Source: Dehalococcoidia bacterium (GTDB lineage Bacteria; Chloroflexota; Dehalococcoidia; UBA2979). Taken from it: 64,000 bases of DNA. The notes beneath the pieces were generated by a model, which worked only from the letters and a program-made list of their open reading frames with translations, was not told the DNA's origin and searched no databases. The position numbers were made by a program, and so were the translations under genes. Of this stretch, positions 10,329-20,294 are shown piece after piece; positions within the stretch are counted from its first letter, which is position 1; every line of letters begins with the position of its first letter. The stretch covers positions 2,383,366 to 2,447,365 of the forward strand of contig CBDCPB010000004.1 of the NCBI GenBank assembly GCA_965220125.1, read 5' to 3'.

Positions 10329-11536
10329 CTGGCCGCCCCGGCCGTCGCTGCGGCCTCGCGGGCCGCGAGGCGCGAGGCGGGGACCAGCACGCGGCCCTCC
10401 ATCAGCCGCCGCGCCGTGCGGTAGACGACCACGTCGTCGGCGACCCAGCGGCCCTCGCCGCCGCCCTCGCGGCGCACGCTGGCGGCCACGGGCAGCACGC
10501 CCGAGGGGTTGCCGAGCCGCAGGTCGGCGGCCGGGTCGGCGGGCCGCGTCAGCTCGTGCACGACGCTGCCCTCAATGCGCGCGGCGACGGCGAGGCACAT
10601 CGCAGCCGTCAGCGGCAGCGCGCGGTGCGCCTGGCCCATCGACATCACGCGCGCCGTGAGGTCCACCGCGGACGCCGCGACGGCCTCGCCCGCGAGCGTC
10701 GACGCCGCCTGCGGAGCGGCGACGATCGCGATCAGCGGGCTCTGCGGCGAGCAGGCGCTCGCCTCCTCCACGCTCGGCGAGAGGCCGAGCCGCAGCGCCG
10801 CCGCCCCGCGCACCGCCTCGAGGCGCGCCAGCAGGCCGGCGTCGGCCTCGATCGCGTCCGGCAGCTCGCTGCCCCGCAGGCCGAGGTCCGCCGAGCGCAC
10901 GGCGATGACCGCCGTGGTCGCGTCGACGATCGAGACGCGCAGCTCGCCGAGGCCGGGGACGGCCAGCGTCTCCGCGGGCGCTCCACCGGGGAGCAGCTCG
11001 CCGGTCACCGCGCCGCCGGGATCCTGGAACTCGAGGCGGATCGGCGCGCCCTGTCCGGCGACGCCGAGCAGCTCGAAGTCGCCCTCGACCGCGGCGCTCG
11101 CGCCGTCGAGGGGGAAGCGCGCGACGATCCGCTTCTGCGTGTTCACGTTGTAAAGCCGGACCGCCGCCTCCCCGGCCGCGTCGAGCGAGGGCGTCACGAG
11201 GCCCTCGTCGACGGCGAAGGGGCCGACGGCGGAGGTGAGGTTGCCGCAGTTCGTACGGTAGGCGACCGCCGCCTCGCGGACGGCGACCTGGCCGAAGGTG
11301 TACTCGACATCGACATCGGGCCTCGCGGAGGGCTCGACGACGACGATCTTGGAGAGCGAGGAGACACCGCCTCCGAGGCCGTCGAGCTGGCGGCCGTAGG
11401 GATCCGGGCTGCCGAGCGCGCCGAGGAAGATCGGCGCCCAGTCGTCCCGGGCCTCGGGCAGCCAGGCGCGCTGGAAGAAGATGCCGCGGCTGGTGCCGCC
11501 GCGCATGAAGACCGCATCCACCCGTTGCTGCGCCAT
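10325..11536 (-). CDS. PrpF/AcnD-accessory family isomerase (2-methylaconitate isomerase / 4-oxalomesaconate tautomerase family)
   Basis: N-terminal 'VFMRGGTSRGIFF' is the PrpF hallmark; ~400 aa length. Confidence 0.8.
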   Translation of the reverse strand: MAQQRVDAVFMRGGTSRGIFFQRAWLPEARDDWAPIFLGALGSPDPYGRQLDGLGGGVSSLSKIVVVEPSARPDVDVEYTFGQVAVREAAVAYRTNCGNLTSAVGPFAVDEGLVTPSLDAAGEAAVRLYNVNTQKRIVARFPLDGASAAVEGDFELLGVAGQGAPIRLEFQDPGGAVTGELLPGGAPAETLAVPGLGELRVSIVDATTAVIAVRSADLGLRGSELPDAIEADAGLLARLEAVRGAAALRLGLSPSVEEASACSPQSPLIAIVAAPQAASTLAGEAVAASAVDLTARVMSMGQAHRALPLTAAMCLAVAARIEGSVVHELTRPADPAADLRLGNPSGVLPVAASVRREGGGEGRWVADDVVVYRTARRLMEGRVLVPASRLAAREAAATAGAAR

Positions 11537-11649
11537 CGCCGCCGCCTCCGCTTCCGCTCCCCGAGATTCTACGCGGGCGCGCCGCGGTCGACAGCGCGGG
11601 CGGCGACCCGCTAGCCTCGCGCGGCGCCGGTCGGGAGGCGGCAGCGGCG

Positions 11650-12882
11650 ATGGCGGACTCCGAAGGCCGGGCGGACGGACTGCCCCTCGAGGGGATTCGC
11701 GTGCTCGATCTCACGCAGGGCGCCGCCGGCCCCTACGCCACGAAGCTCTACGCCGACTACGGCGCGGACGTGATCAAGATCGAGCGCCCCGACGGCGGCG
11801 ATCCGATGCGTCGCGTCGGCCCCTTCCCGGACGACGAGCCGCACCCGGAACGGGCCGGCGTCTTCCTGCACATCAACACCGGCAAGCGCAGCGTCACGCT
11901 CAACCTCAAGACCGCGAGCGGGCAGCGGATCCTGCAGCGCCTCGCCGCCAGCGCCGACCTCGTGTTCGAGAACTTCCGCCCGGGCACGCTCGAACGGCTC
12001 GGACTCGCCGCCGAGCGCCTCGCCGCACTGCGCCCGCAGGCCTCGCTGATCCGGCTCTCCAACTTCGGGCAGTACGGCCCCTACCGCGACTTCGAGGCCG
12101 ACGACATGCTGCTCTACGCGGCCGGAGGGGTGTTGCAGGTCACCGGCGTGCCGGAGCGCGAGCCGGTCAAGATCGGGCTCTACGCGCCGCTCTTCCTCAC
12201 CGGCGCCGTGGCCGCGGCGCAGTCGTTCGGGGCGCTGATGGCCGCCGACCGCGACGGCGTGGGGCAGACGGTCGACATCTCGATGCAGGACGTGCTTGCC
12301 GCCTCGATGGACCGCGGCGGGCCGAACCTGGTCGCCTGGCAGTACTCGGGCTCGATGATGCACATGCGGATGCGCGAGCTGCGGCGCAACGCGATCCCGC
12401 GAGGCGTCTACCCCTGCCAGGACGGCTACGTCTTCGTCAACGGCACGTTGCAGTGGTTCGACCGCTTCTGCCGCATGATCGGGCGGCCCGACCTGATCGA
12501 TGACGAGGAGACGCTCGCCCAGCTCGAACATATCGAGTACGGCGAGCGCTTCGATGGGTTGCTCTACCCCTGGCTGCTGGAGCGCACGAAGCAGCAGGTC
12601 ATGGAGGAGGCGCAGCAGGAGGGCCTCCCCGTGGGCGCGATCAACTCGATGGCCGACGTCTTCGCCGACCCGCACCTGCGCGCGCGTGAGTTCATCACCA
12701 CGATCGAGCACCCGGAGGCGGGCGCCTTCGAGTTCCCCGGGCTGCCCTTCCGCATGCACGGCACGCCGGGCCAGCTGCGCCGCGCCCCGCTGCTCGGCGA
12801 GCACACCAGCGAGGTGCTGACCTCGGAGCTTGGTTACGCGCCCGAGGACATCGTGATCCTGCGTCAGCGCAACATCGTCTGA
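11650..12882 (+). CDS. CoA-transferase family III (CaiB/BaiF) protein
   Basis: LEGIRVLDLTQGAAGPYATKLYADYGADVIKIE N-terminal motif. Divergent from the PrpF-like operon across an ~110-bp promoter region. Confidence 0.85.
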   Translation: MADSEGRADGLPLEGIRVLDLTQGAAGPYATKLYADYGADVIKIERPDGGDPMRRVGPFPDDEPHPERAGVFLHINTGKRSVTLNLKTASGQRILQRLAASADLVFENFRPGTLERLGLAAERLAALRPQASLIRLSNFGQYGPYRDFEADDMLLYAAGGVLQVTGVPEREPVKIGLYAPLFLTGAVAAAQSFGALMAADRDGVGQTVDISMQDVLAASMDRGGPNLVAWQYSGSMMHMRMRELRRNAIPRGVYPCQDGYVFVNGTLQWFDRFCRMIGRPDLIDDEETLAQLEHIEYGERFDGLLYPWLLERTKQQVMEEAQQEGLPVGAINSMADVFADPHLRAREFITTIEHPEAGAFEFPGLPFRMHGTPGQLRRAPLLGEHTSEVLTSELGYAPEDIVILRQRNIV

Positions 12883-12895
12883 GGAGGCGGCGGAC

Positions 12896-14599
12896 GTGAG
12901 GCTGGCGCTCGCCGCCGGACTGCTGCTGCTCGTCGCGGCCGCGTGCGCAGGCGGCGGGTCCGTGCCCACGCCCACGGCCACCCCGACGCCGCCCGCCAGC
13001 GCCGCGCCTGCGACTGCCACGCCCGACCCTCGCGAAGCGGTCGCGGTCCTCGTCGCGGATCCCGCCGAGCGCGCCCGCCTTGAGGCAGCGCTGGCGTCGT
13101 CGGCCGGTTTCGTCCCTGCCGCCGGCGTCGCGCGAGTGCAGTGGGCGATCGCCGATATACCGCTGTCGGGCTCCCTGCCGCTCGTGCTTGCGCGCTGGGC
13201 GGCGATCACGGACCAGCGGCGCGACGTGCTGGACCTGGGCCGCGCCGACGTACTGCGCATCCTGCGCGGCGAGGTCCGCGACTGGTCCCAGCTGGGCGGA
13301 AGCCAACAGCCAATCGTCGCGTACCTCCCCGCCTCGCACGCGGCCCGCATCGCGGGCGCCCTCGGCGTCCCGTCCGCCGAGCTGGCAGCGGAACTGCTGC
13401 CGGACGGGGAGGTGGCCGACCGCGTCGCGTCCACGCCGGGCGCGTTCGCGCTGATCGCGCCCGAGCAGCTGCGCCTCGGCGTGCTCGCGCTCACCGTGGA
13501 CGGCCACGACCCGTACCGCGACCCGGCAGGGGAGTCGCCGCTGAGCGCGGTGCGCTGGATCCGTGCGCCCGGCCTCGGGGACGCCGTCAGGCTGGCCGCC
13601 GTCGCCGGCCTCGAGGCGGCTCAGCCATTCGACCCGGCGGGCATGCTGGTCACGGGCGAGCTGGTCCCGGCTCGATGCACGAACGCGGCGCTCGCCGGCC
13701 TGGACGACTACGGGGCGATGTTCGAGGGCGTGCGCGAGGCGGTAGCGGCTGCGGACATTGCAGTCGCGGCGCTCGAGACGTCGCTCACGGACCTCGCCGA
13801 GCCGACGCCGTGCGTCTCGACCTTCGTGCTGCAGGGCAGCCCCCGCGTCGTCGGCGCGGTGTCCGAGGCCGGGGTTGACGTGATGCTCACAGCCGGCAAC
13901 CACATGCTGGATTGCTGGGAGGGCTGCTCCGGTACGGGGGCGCTGCTCGACACGCTGGCGCGGCTGGAGGAAGCCGGCATCGCCACCGCCGGCGCCGGCG
14001 AGGATCTGAGCGCCGCTCGCGCGCCGGCCGTGGTCGAGGTCCACACGGCGCACGGCTTCGTGCGCTTCGCCTTCCTCGGCTACGACACGATCGCGCCCTG
14101 GAACGCGGCCACGGAGCAGAAGCCGGGCACGGCCCCGCTCAGCGCCGCGAGCGTGCGCGAGGACGTGCGCGCCGCGCTCCTCCTCGCGGATCACGTCGTG
14201 GTCGGGGCGAACTGGGGCGTCGAGTACACGGCCGACCCGACGGCCTCCCAGCGCGAGATCGCCGGGATCGCGATCGAGGCCGGCGCGACGTTCGTGATCG
14301 GCAACCATCCCCACTGGGTGCAGGCGGTCGAGCACTTCGAGAGCGCGCTCGTCGCGTACTCCTTCGGCAACTTCGTCTTCGATCAGTCCTGGTCGGTGGA
14401 GACGACGCAGGGGATGGTGATGGAACTGGGATTCACGCGCGATCGGCCAATCGGCTACCGGATCCGTCCGGTCGTGATCCGTGGCGACGGCGGCGGGCCA
14501 CGCTGGATCTACCGCCCCGAGTTCGTCGACCCGGCCGCCGAGGGCCGCACCATCCTCGATCGCATCTGGCAGGCCCAGGACCGGCTGCCCGCGCGGTAG
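12896..14599 (+). CDS. CapA-family (PGA_cap metallophosphatase-like) lipoprotein with unknown N-terminal domain, paralog 1
   Basis: Lipoprotein signal (LLLVAAACAGG) and a Pro/Thr/Ala linker. C-terminal 'GNHMLDCWEGC ... GANWGVEYT ... GNHPHWVQ ... FGNFVFDQ' matches the CapA/PgsA-type phosphoesterase family. Confidence 0.75.
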   Translation: MRLALAAGLLLLVAAACAGGGSVPTPTATPTPPASAAPATATPDPREAVAVLVADPAERARLEAALASSAGFVPAAGVARVQWAIADIPLSGSLPLVLARWAAITDQRRDVLDLGRADVLRILRGEVRDWSQLGGSQQPIVAYLPASHAARIAGALGVPSAELAAELLPDGEVADRVASTPGAFALIAPEQLRLGVLALTVDGHDPYRDPAGESPLSAVRWIRAPGLGDAVRLAAVAGLEAAQPFDPAGMLVTGELVPARCTNAALAGLDDYGAMFEGVREAVAAADIAVAALETSLTDLAEPTPCVSTFVLQGSPRVVGAVSEAGVDVMLTAGNHMLDCWEGCSGTGALLDTLARLEEAGIATAGAGEDLSAARAPAVVEVHTAHGFVRFAFLGYDTIAPWNAATEQKPGTAPLSAASVREDVRAALLLADHVVVGANWGVEYTADPTASQREIAGIAIEAGATFVIGNHPHWVQAVEHFESALVAYSFGNFVFDQSWSVETTQGMVMELGFTRDRPIGYRIRPVVIRGDGGGPRWIYRPEFVDPAAEGRTILDRIWQAQDRLPAR

Positions 14600-14945
14600 G
14601 CGCCGCTCTCCGCGCGGACCTGGCACGGGTGCATGTGCGAGTCACCGCGACCACAACGCGACGGAACCGGGTACCGATCCGCCGAGGTGCGACCCCTCCC
14701 GGGCTTGAGCCCCGGAGATCGGGTCGTCTTCGCCATCGCGGACGGACGGCGATCGGCGAGTGGTCTGGCGCCGAGTGCTTCCTCGCGGGTGACGCGCGCC
14801 CGCCCACGGATTCATCAGCGCCTGCGCGCAGCCCTCCGCCCTCGTCACGCTCGCGTCCGCCGCCGAGCCGGCACCGCCTCCGTCTCCACCTTGCGGGAAC
14901 CCTCGGCCGCTCGCGCGCGTCCTGAGAGTGAGAGCGGAGCGCGGG

Positions 14946-16799
14946 ATGCCAATCGACGGCGCGAGCGGGATCGGCAGGCGGGTGCGCCGCGCGCAGCGTG
15001 TGCTGCCGTTGCTGACGGCCCCCGCACTTGCGCTTTCACTGGCGATCGTCCTGGGCGCCTGCAGCGCCTCGCCCGGCGGCACGCCGCCACCCGCCACGCT
15101 TACGGCGACCGCGACGCCATTGGCGGCGCCCTCGCCGACCGCCACCGCTGAGCCGACGGCCACGCCTACCCCAACACCAACCGCCGCGCCCACGGCGACC
15201 CCCGCTGCGGCGACTCCGACGCCCGAATCCGGCGAGGCGGTCGCGATCCTCGTGTCGGATCCCGCCGAGGCCGCCCGCCTCGAGGTGGCGCTGGCGGCGG
15301 CGGCCGGCTTCAATCCGGCCTCCGGCGATGCCGCGACGCAGTGGGCGATCGCCGACGCGCCGCTGTCCGGCGCCCGGCCGATCGTGCTCGCGCGCTGGGC
15401 GGCAGTGACGGACCAGCGGCGCGACGTGCTGGACCTGGAACGCGACGACGTGCTGCGCATCCTCCGCGGCGAAGTCGGCAACTGGTTCCAGCTCGGCGGC
15501 AGCCCGCAGCCGATCGCCGTCTATCTCCCCGCTTCAGAGGCGGACCGCATCGCGGGTGCGCTCGGCATCCCGCCGGCCGATCTGGCAGCGGAACTGCTGC
15601 CGGATGGCGAGGTAGTCGAGCGCGTCGCCGGCACGCCGGGAGCGTTCGCGCTGATTGAGCCGGAGCAGCTGCGCCTCGGCGTGCTCGCGCTCACCGTCGA
15701 CGGCCACGACCCGTACCGCGACCCGGCACGGGAGTCGCCGCTGAGCGCGGTGCGCTGGATCCGCGCCCCCGGCCTTGGCGACGCCGTGAGGCTCGCCGCC
15801 GCCGCCGGCCTCGCGGCCGCTCCGCCGTTCGACCCCGCGGGGATGCTCGTCACCGGCGACCTGATCCCGGTGCGCTGCAGCAACTACGTGCTGGCCCGGC
15901 TCGACGACTACGGGGCGATGTTCGACGGCGTGGGCGACGCGATTGCGTCTGCCGACATCGCCGTCGTCCCGCTTGAAGCGTCGCTCACGGACCTCGCCGA
16001 CCCTACGCCCTGCAGGGAGACGTACATGCTGCAGGGCAGCCCTCGCGTCGTCGACGCGGCGGCCGAGGCCGGCGTGGACGTGATGTTCACGATCGGCAAC
16101 CACATGCTGGACTGCTGGCTGGGCTGCTCGCCTGCCGGGGCGCTGCTCGACACACTGGAGCGGCTGGAGGAGGCAGGCATCGCGACCGCCGGAGCCGGCG
16201 AGAATCTGAGCGCCGCTCGCGCGCCGGCCGTGTTCGAGGTCCACACGGCGCACGGCTTCGTGCGCTTCGCCTTCGTCGGCTACGACTCGATTGCACCCTG
16301 GCAGTCGGCCAACGCGATCACGCCGGGCACCGCTCCCCTCGACGTCGCGAGCGTGCGCGAGGATGTGCGCGCGGCGCTTGAACTCGCGGACTACGTCGTG
16401 TTCGGGGCGAGCTGGGGCGTGGAGTACACCGCCGACCCGACGGACTCCCAGCGCGAGATCGCGGGGATCGCGATCGAGGAGGGCGCGACGCTCGTGATCG
16501 GCAACCACCCGCACTGGGTGCAGGCGGTCGAGCACTTCGACGACGCGCTCGTGGCCTATGCCCTCGGCAACTTCGTCTTCGATCAGGACTGGTCGGTGGA
16601 GACGACGCAGGGGATGGTGCTGGAGTTGGGCTTCACGCCCGATCGGCTGATCGGCTACCGCATCCGTCCGATTGTGATCCGCGGCGACGGCGGCGAGGCG
16701 CGCTGGATCTACCGCCCGGAGTTCGTAGAGCCCGCCGCCGAGGGCCGCCCCATCCTCGATCGTGTGTGGCAGGCGCAGGACCGGTTGCCGGAGCGGTAG
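14946..16799 (+). CDS. CapA-family lipoprotein, paralog 2 (tandem duplicate)
   Basis: ~80% identical to 12896-14599 with long identical nucleotide blocks; own lipoprotein signal (AIVLGACSA). Confidence 0.75.
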   Translation: MPIDGASGIGRRVRRAQRVLPLLTAPALALSLAIVLGACSASPGGTPPPATLTATATPLAAPSPTATAEPTATPTPTPTAAPTATPAAATPTPESGEAVAILVSDPAEAARLEVALAAAAGFNPASGDAATQWAIADAPLSGARPIVLARWAAVTDQRRDVLDLERDDVLRILRGEVGNWFQLGGSPQPIAVYLPASEADRIAGALGIPPADLAAELLPDGEVVERVAGTPGAFALIEPEQLRLGVLALTVDGHDPYRDPARESPLSAVRWIRAPGLGDAVRLAAAAGLAAAPPFDPAGMLVTGDLIPVRCSNYVLARLDDYGAMFDGVGDAIASADIAVVPLEASLTDLADPTPCRETYMLQGSPRVVDAAAEAGVDVMFTIGNHMLDCWLGCSPAGALLDTLERLEEAGIATAGAGENLSAARAPAVFEVHTAHGFVRFAFVGYDSIAPWQSANAITPGTAPLDVASVREDVRAALELADYVVFGASWGVEYTADPTDSQREIAGIAIEEGATLVIGNHPHWVQAVEHFDDALVAYALGNFVFDQDWSVETTQGMVLELGFTPDRLIGYRIRPIVIRGDGGEARWIYRPEFVEPAAEGRPILDRVWQAQDRLPER

Positions 16800-16891
16800 G
16801 CTGTGGGCCCGGGCCAACAGTGCAACACTAGCATCCATGAACAATGATATAGTGTCTTTACATTGTGTTAGCGAGAAGGCATTGGACTCGC

Positions 16892-17161
16892 ATGAGAGAA
16901 ATCACTGCAGCCACCACACAACGGAACCAGGTCACCATTCCCGCCGAGGTCCGCCGCCTTCTTGGCCTGAAGCCCAGGGACAAGGTTGCGTTCACCATCG
17001 AGGACGGGGGTGCGGTGCGCCTGGCGGCGGCGTCCTTCACGCTGGAGTCGACGTACGGCTCCGTGCAGCCCTCAAGCCACCCCGAGGACTTCGATGAGGT
17101 GTCCCGGAATGCCAAGGATGCCAAGGCTGAGCAGACCGCACGCGAACTAAGTGACGCGTGA
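16892..17161 (+). CDS. vapB: AbrB/MazE/SpoVT-fold antitoxin (VapB-like)
   Basis: 'QVTIPAEVRRLLGLKPRDKVAFTIEDGG-VRL' swapped-hairpin motif; ATGA overlap with the downstream PIN gene. AT-rich promoter island 16800-16890 upstream. Confidence 0.7.
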   Translation: MREITAATTQRNQVTIPAEVRRLLGLKPRDKVAFTIEDGGAVRLAAASFTLESTYGSVQPSSHPEDFDEVSRNAKDAKAEQTARELSDA

Positions 17162-17571
17162 GATTCCTCGATACGAACGTCATCCTCAGGTACCTGACCA
17201 GGGATGATGAGGCCAAGGCTGAAGCCTGCTACCAGTTGTTCCAGCAGGTACGGCGCGGGGAGGAAGAGCTCGTCACCTGCGAGGCGATCGTCACGGAAGT
17301 CGTCTACGTGCTTTCCTCCGCTCGCGCTCCCTACAGGCTGAGCCACGAGGAGATTCGAGCCCGGCTCGTACCGATCCTGACGCTTCGGGGCCTCAGGCTC
17401 CCTCAGAAGCGCGTCTACCTCAGCGCTCTGGATCTCTACGCCTCATCTCCGTTCCTTGATTTCGAGGACGCTCTGGCGGTCGCCCACATGGAACGACTGG
17501 GGGTGACGGAGATCGTGAGCTACGACAGGGACTTCGATCGGTTGCCGACACTCCAGCGAGTGGAGCCGTGA
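17158..17571 (+). CDS. vapC: PIN-domain ribonuclease toxin VapC
   Basis: 'FLDTNVILRYL ... D' N-terminal acidic motif plus a later E and the C-terminal 'YDRDFDRL' aspartates typical of VapC. Confidence 0.85.
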   Translation: MRFLDTNVILRYLTRDDEAKAEACYQLFQQVRRGEEELVTCEAIVTEVVYVLSSARAPYRLSHEEIRARLVPILTLRGLRLPQKRVYLSALDLYASSPFLDFEDALAVAHMERLGVTEIVSYDRDFDRLPTLQRVEP

Positions 17572-17628
17572 GGTCAGTGCCGCCTGCGGGCGCCTGGCCC
17601 TGAATGTCGCGCGGCGGGCCTTTGCCCT

Positions 17629-18969
17629 CTACAGCGGCTTCGGCGCGTAGTCGGCGTCGATGCGCAGGACGGAGCCCATCCGCTCGTAGTCCTCGAACGG
17701 GAGTATCGAGCCCTCGCGCGCGATCGGGTCCGATCGCAGATCCGTGGCGCGGTCGGCGATGCGCCGCTCCAGCAGGTCCGCGACCTCGTCCTCGCTCAGC
17801 CCCAGCTCGGCCAGCACCGCCTCCGTGTCCGCCCCGAGGGCGGGCGCGGGTCCGCGGGCGGGGACGCCCTCGCCATCGAACCTGGCGGGCAGGTAGCGCT
17901 GGATCGGCACGCGCCCGAAGTCGCCGATCTGCAGATCGTCGAAGAACTCGCGCGCGGCCAGGTGCGGGTCCGCGATCACCTCGTCGCCCTTGAGGATCGG
18001 CCCGGCCGGAGCGCCCGCCGCCTGCAGCAGCGCGGCGACCTCGAACTTGTCCCGCTCGCGCGTCCACTCGGTGATGAGCTGGTCGAGGGCGTCGTGCTGC
18101 GCGCTGCGTGACGCGGCGTCGGCGAAGCGCGGGTCGTCGAGCCAGGCCTCGTGGCCGCTGGCGCGGCAGAAGGCCCGCCACTCCTCCTCGTTGCGCAGCG
18201 AGATCGCGACCCAGTCGTCGTCGCCGCGGCAGGGATAGGCGCCGCGCACCATGCCCGGCCGGCGGTTGCCGTCGCGTGTCTGGTGGCGTCCGTTGCGCTG
18301 GTAGTCGGCGAGCTGCGACTCGAGGACGGGCAGCGTCGCCTCCTGCATCGAGACGTCGATGATCTGGCCCTCGCCGGTGCGGTCGCGGTGGATCAGCGCG
18401 GCGAGGACGGCGGCGGCGCCGTGCAGGCCGGAGTAGGGGTCGACCCAGGTCTGGCCCGTCTTCGTCGGCCCCTCGCCGCGGTAGCCGGTCACCGTCGGCA
18501 CGCCCGAGGCGGGCTCCATCGTCATGCCGTTGGCGGGCCGGAAGGCGCTCGGGCCCGTCTGCCCGAAGCCGCTCAGGTGGAGCAGGACAAGCTGCGGGTA
18601 CTGCGCGTGCAGCTCGTGGAAGTCGAAGCCGAGGCGGCCGACGACGCCGGGCATGAAGTTCTCGACCACGGCGTCGGCCTCGGAGATGAGCCGCCGCACC
18701 AGTGCGCGGCCCTCCTCCTGCCCCAGGTCGATCATCGCCGAGCGCGTGCCGGCGTTGCGGACGGTGAAGTAGATGTTGCGGTTCCAGACCTCGCCCCCGA
18801 TGTCGTTGCGAGGCGGGAAGAGCGTGCGGTTGCCGTAGTTCCCGCCGGGCGTGAAGGCGCGCTCGACGCGGATCATGTTCGCGCCCAGATCGGAGAGGAT
18901 GCGTGTCACCAGCGGCCCGACCCAGCCCTGCGTCAGCGCAACCACCGTCAGATCCTCGAAGAAGCGCAT
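17629..18969 (-). CDS. CoA-transferase family III (CaiB/BaiF) protein
   Basis: Real start is MRFFEDLTVVALTQGWVGPLVTRILSDLGANMIRVE, with its ATG overlapping the stop of the upstream paralog (ATGA). The longer track ORF to 19713 is a read-through artefact. Confidence 0.8.
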   Translation of the reverse strand: MRFFEDLTVVALTQGWVGPLVTRILSDLGANMIRVERAFTPGGNYGNRTLFPPRNDIGGEVWNRNIYFTVRNAGTRSAMIDLGQEEGRALVRRLISEADAVVENFMPGVVGRLGFDFHELHAQYPQLVLLHLSGFGQTGPSAFRPANGMTMEPASGVPTVTGYRGEGPTKTGQTWVDPYSGLHGAAAVLAALIHRDRTGEGQIIDVSMQEATLPVLESQLADYQRNGRHQTRDGNRRPGMVRGAYPCRGDDDWVAISLRNEEEWRAFCRASGHEAWLDDPRFADAASRSAQHDALDQLITEWTRERDKFEVAALLQAAGAPAGPILKGDEVIADPHLAAREFFDDLQIGDFGRVPIQRYLPARFDGEGVPARGPAPALGADTEAVLAELGLSEDEVADLLERRIADRATDLRSDPIAREGSILPFEDYERMGSVLRIDADYAPKPL

Positions 18970-20273
18970 CAGTCCGCCCCCTCCGCCGCGGCCGCACGCA
19001 GCACCTCGCCATCGGCGTCGAGGGCGGGTGCGGGTCCGAACTGCTGGGGCGTAGCCGACATAATCGCGCCCGCGCCGCTGAGCCTCACGCCGTCCGGTCC
19101 ACCGAGCCAGTACTCGCGCTGATCGAGGTGCGGGTCGGCCAGCAGCTCCGCCACGTCGGGGACGGCGCCGAAGCCGAGCCCCAGCTCGCCGGCGCGCTGG
19201 AAGATCTCGTTCACGGTATGGCGCTCCAGCCAGGGCTGCGCGACCGCATCGAACTCCCGCCAGCGCAGGTTGCGCGTCTGCGTGCTCGTGAAGATCGGAC
19301 TGTCCGCCATGTCCGGCCGCTCGAGCAGCGTCGAGACCACGCCGGCGAAGTCGTGGTGGCCCGTGCCGACGGGCACGAAGGCGATGTAGCCGTCCTTGCA
19401 AGCCATGATGTCGTTCGGATAGCCGGGCAGGATGCGCGAGTAGTAGCGCCGCCGCACCACCCCCGACCCGAGCCAGACCACGAGGTTGTGGTCGTCCGTC
19501 ATCGTCAGCGCCTCGTGCGCCGAGACGTCGACGACGTGCGTCCGCTGCCCGCGCCGGGCAGCAGCGACGGCGGCCAGCGCGGCGATGCAGGCGTGCGTCG
19601 CCGCGAAGTAGTCGCTGATCTCGATGCCCGCGCTGAGCGGCTCGCGGTCCGGCGCGCCGCTCACGTAGGAAAACCCCGCGAGGCCCTCGATGATGTGGCT
19701 GTCGGCGCGCCACGAGGCGTACGGGCCGGTCATGCCGAAGTCGGAGATCGAGACGAAGGTCGTCTCCGGGAAGCGCTCGGCCAGGCGATCCGGATCGGCC
19801 AGCGGGAGCTGCGAGGAGATCCGCTCGCCCTCGCGCCAGTCCGAGACCAGCAGCCCGGCGCCCTCGATCAGCCGGGCCGCCAGCGCCGCCTCCTCGTCGC
19901 GTTCGAGGTCGAGCACGATGCTGCGCTTGCCGCGGTTGATGGCGGCGTGCAGTCCGCCGCCGTCGGCGTCCGGCTCATCGCCGTCGAAGGGCCCCGCGAG
20001 GCGGATCGCATCGCCGCCGGGCGGCTCGATGCGGACCACCTCGGCGCCGAACTGCGCGAGCAGTTGCGCGCAGTAGGCGACCGGACGCCCTGCCGCGATC
20101 TCGACGACGCGCAGGCCCTCGAGCGGCGTCGCCGACGCGTCGCCCTCGGTCGCTGCGTCCGATCGCTGTCCGTTCGCCCCGCTCAAGCGCACCGCCCTCC
20201 GCGCGCGGGATGGCCGCGCCCGATGGTGGTGCGCCCGCGCGCGGCGCGTCAAGCGGGGGGCCGCTTGCGTCAC
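18969..20273 (-). CDS. CoA-transferase family III (CaiB/BaiF) protein
   Basis: LEGLRVVEIAAGRPVAYCAQLLAQFGAEVVRIE motif; translationally coupled to the downstream paralog. The true start may be internal to the Arg-rich N-terminal extension. Confidence 0.8.
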   Translation of the reverse strand: MTQAAPRLTRRARAHHHRARPSRARRAVRLSGANGQRSDAATEGDASATPLEGLRVVEIAAGRPVAYCAQLLAQFGAEVVRIEPPGGDAIRLAGPFDGDEPDADGGGLHAAINRGKRSIVLDLERDEEAALAARLIEGAGLLVSDWREGERISSQLPLADPDRLAERFPETTFVSISDFGMTGPYASWRADSHIIEGLAGFSYVSGAPDREPLSAGIEISDYFAATHACIAALAAVAAARRGQRTHVVDVSAHEALTMTDDHNLVVWLGSGVVRRRYYSRILPGYPNDIMACKDGYIAFVPVGTGHHDFAGVVSTLLERPDMADSPIFTSTQTRNLRWREFDAVAQPWLERHTVNEIFQRAGELGLGFGAVPDVAELLADPHLDQREYWLGGPDGVRLSGAGAIMSATPQQFGPAPALDADGEVLRAAAAEGAD

Positions 20274-20294
20274 TGGCTGGTCCGGCAGGGTCGA

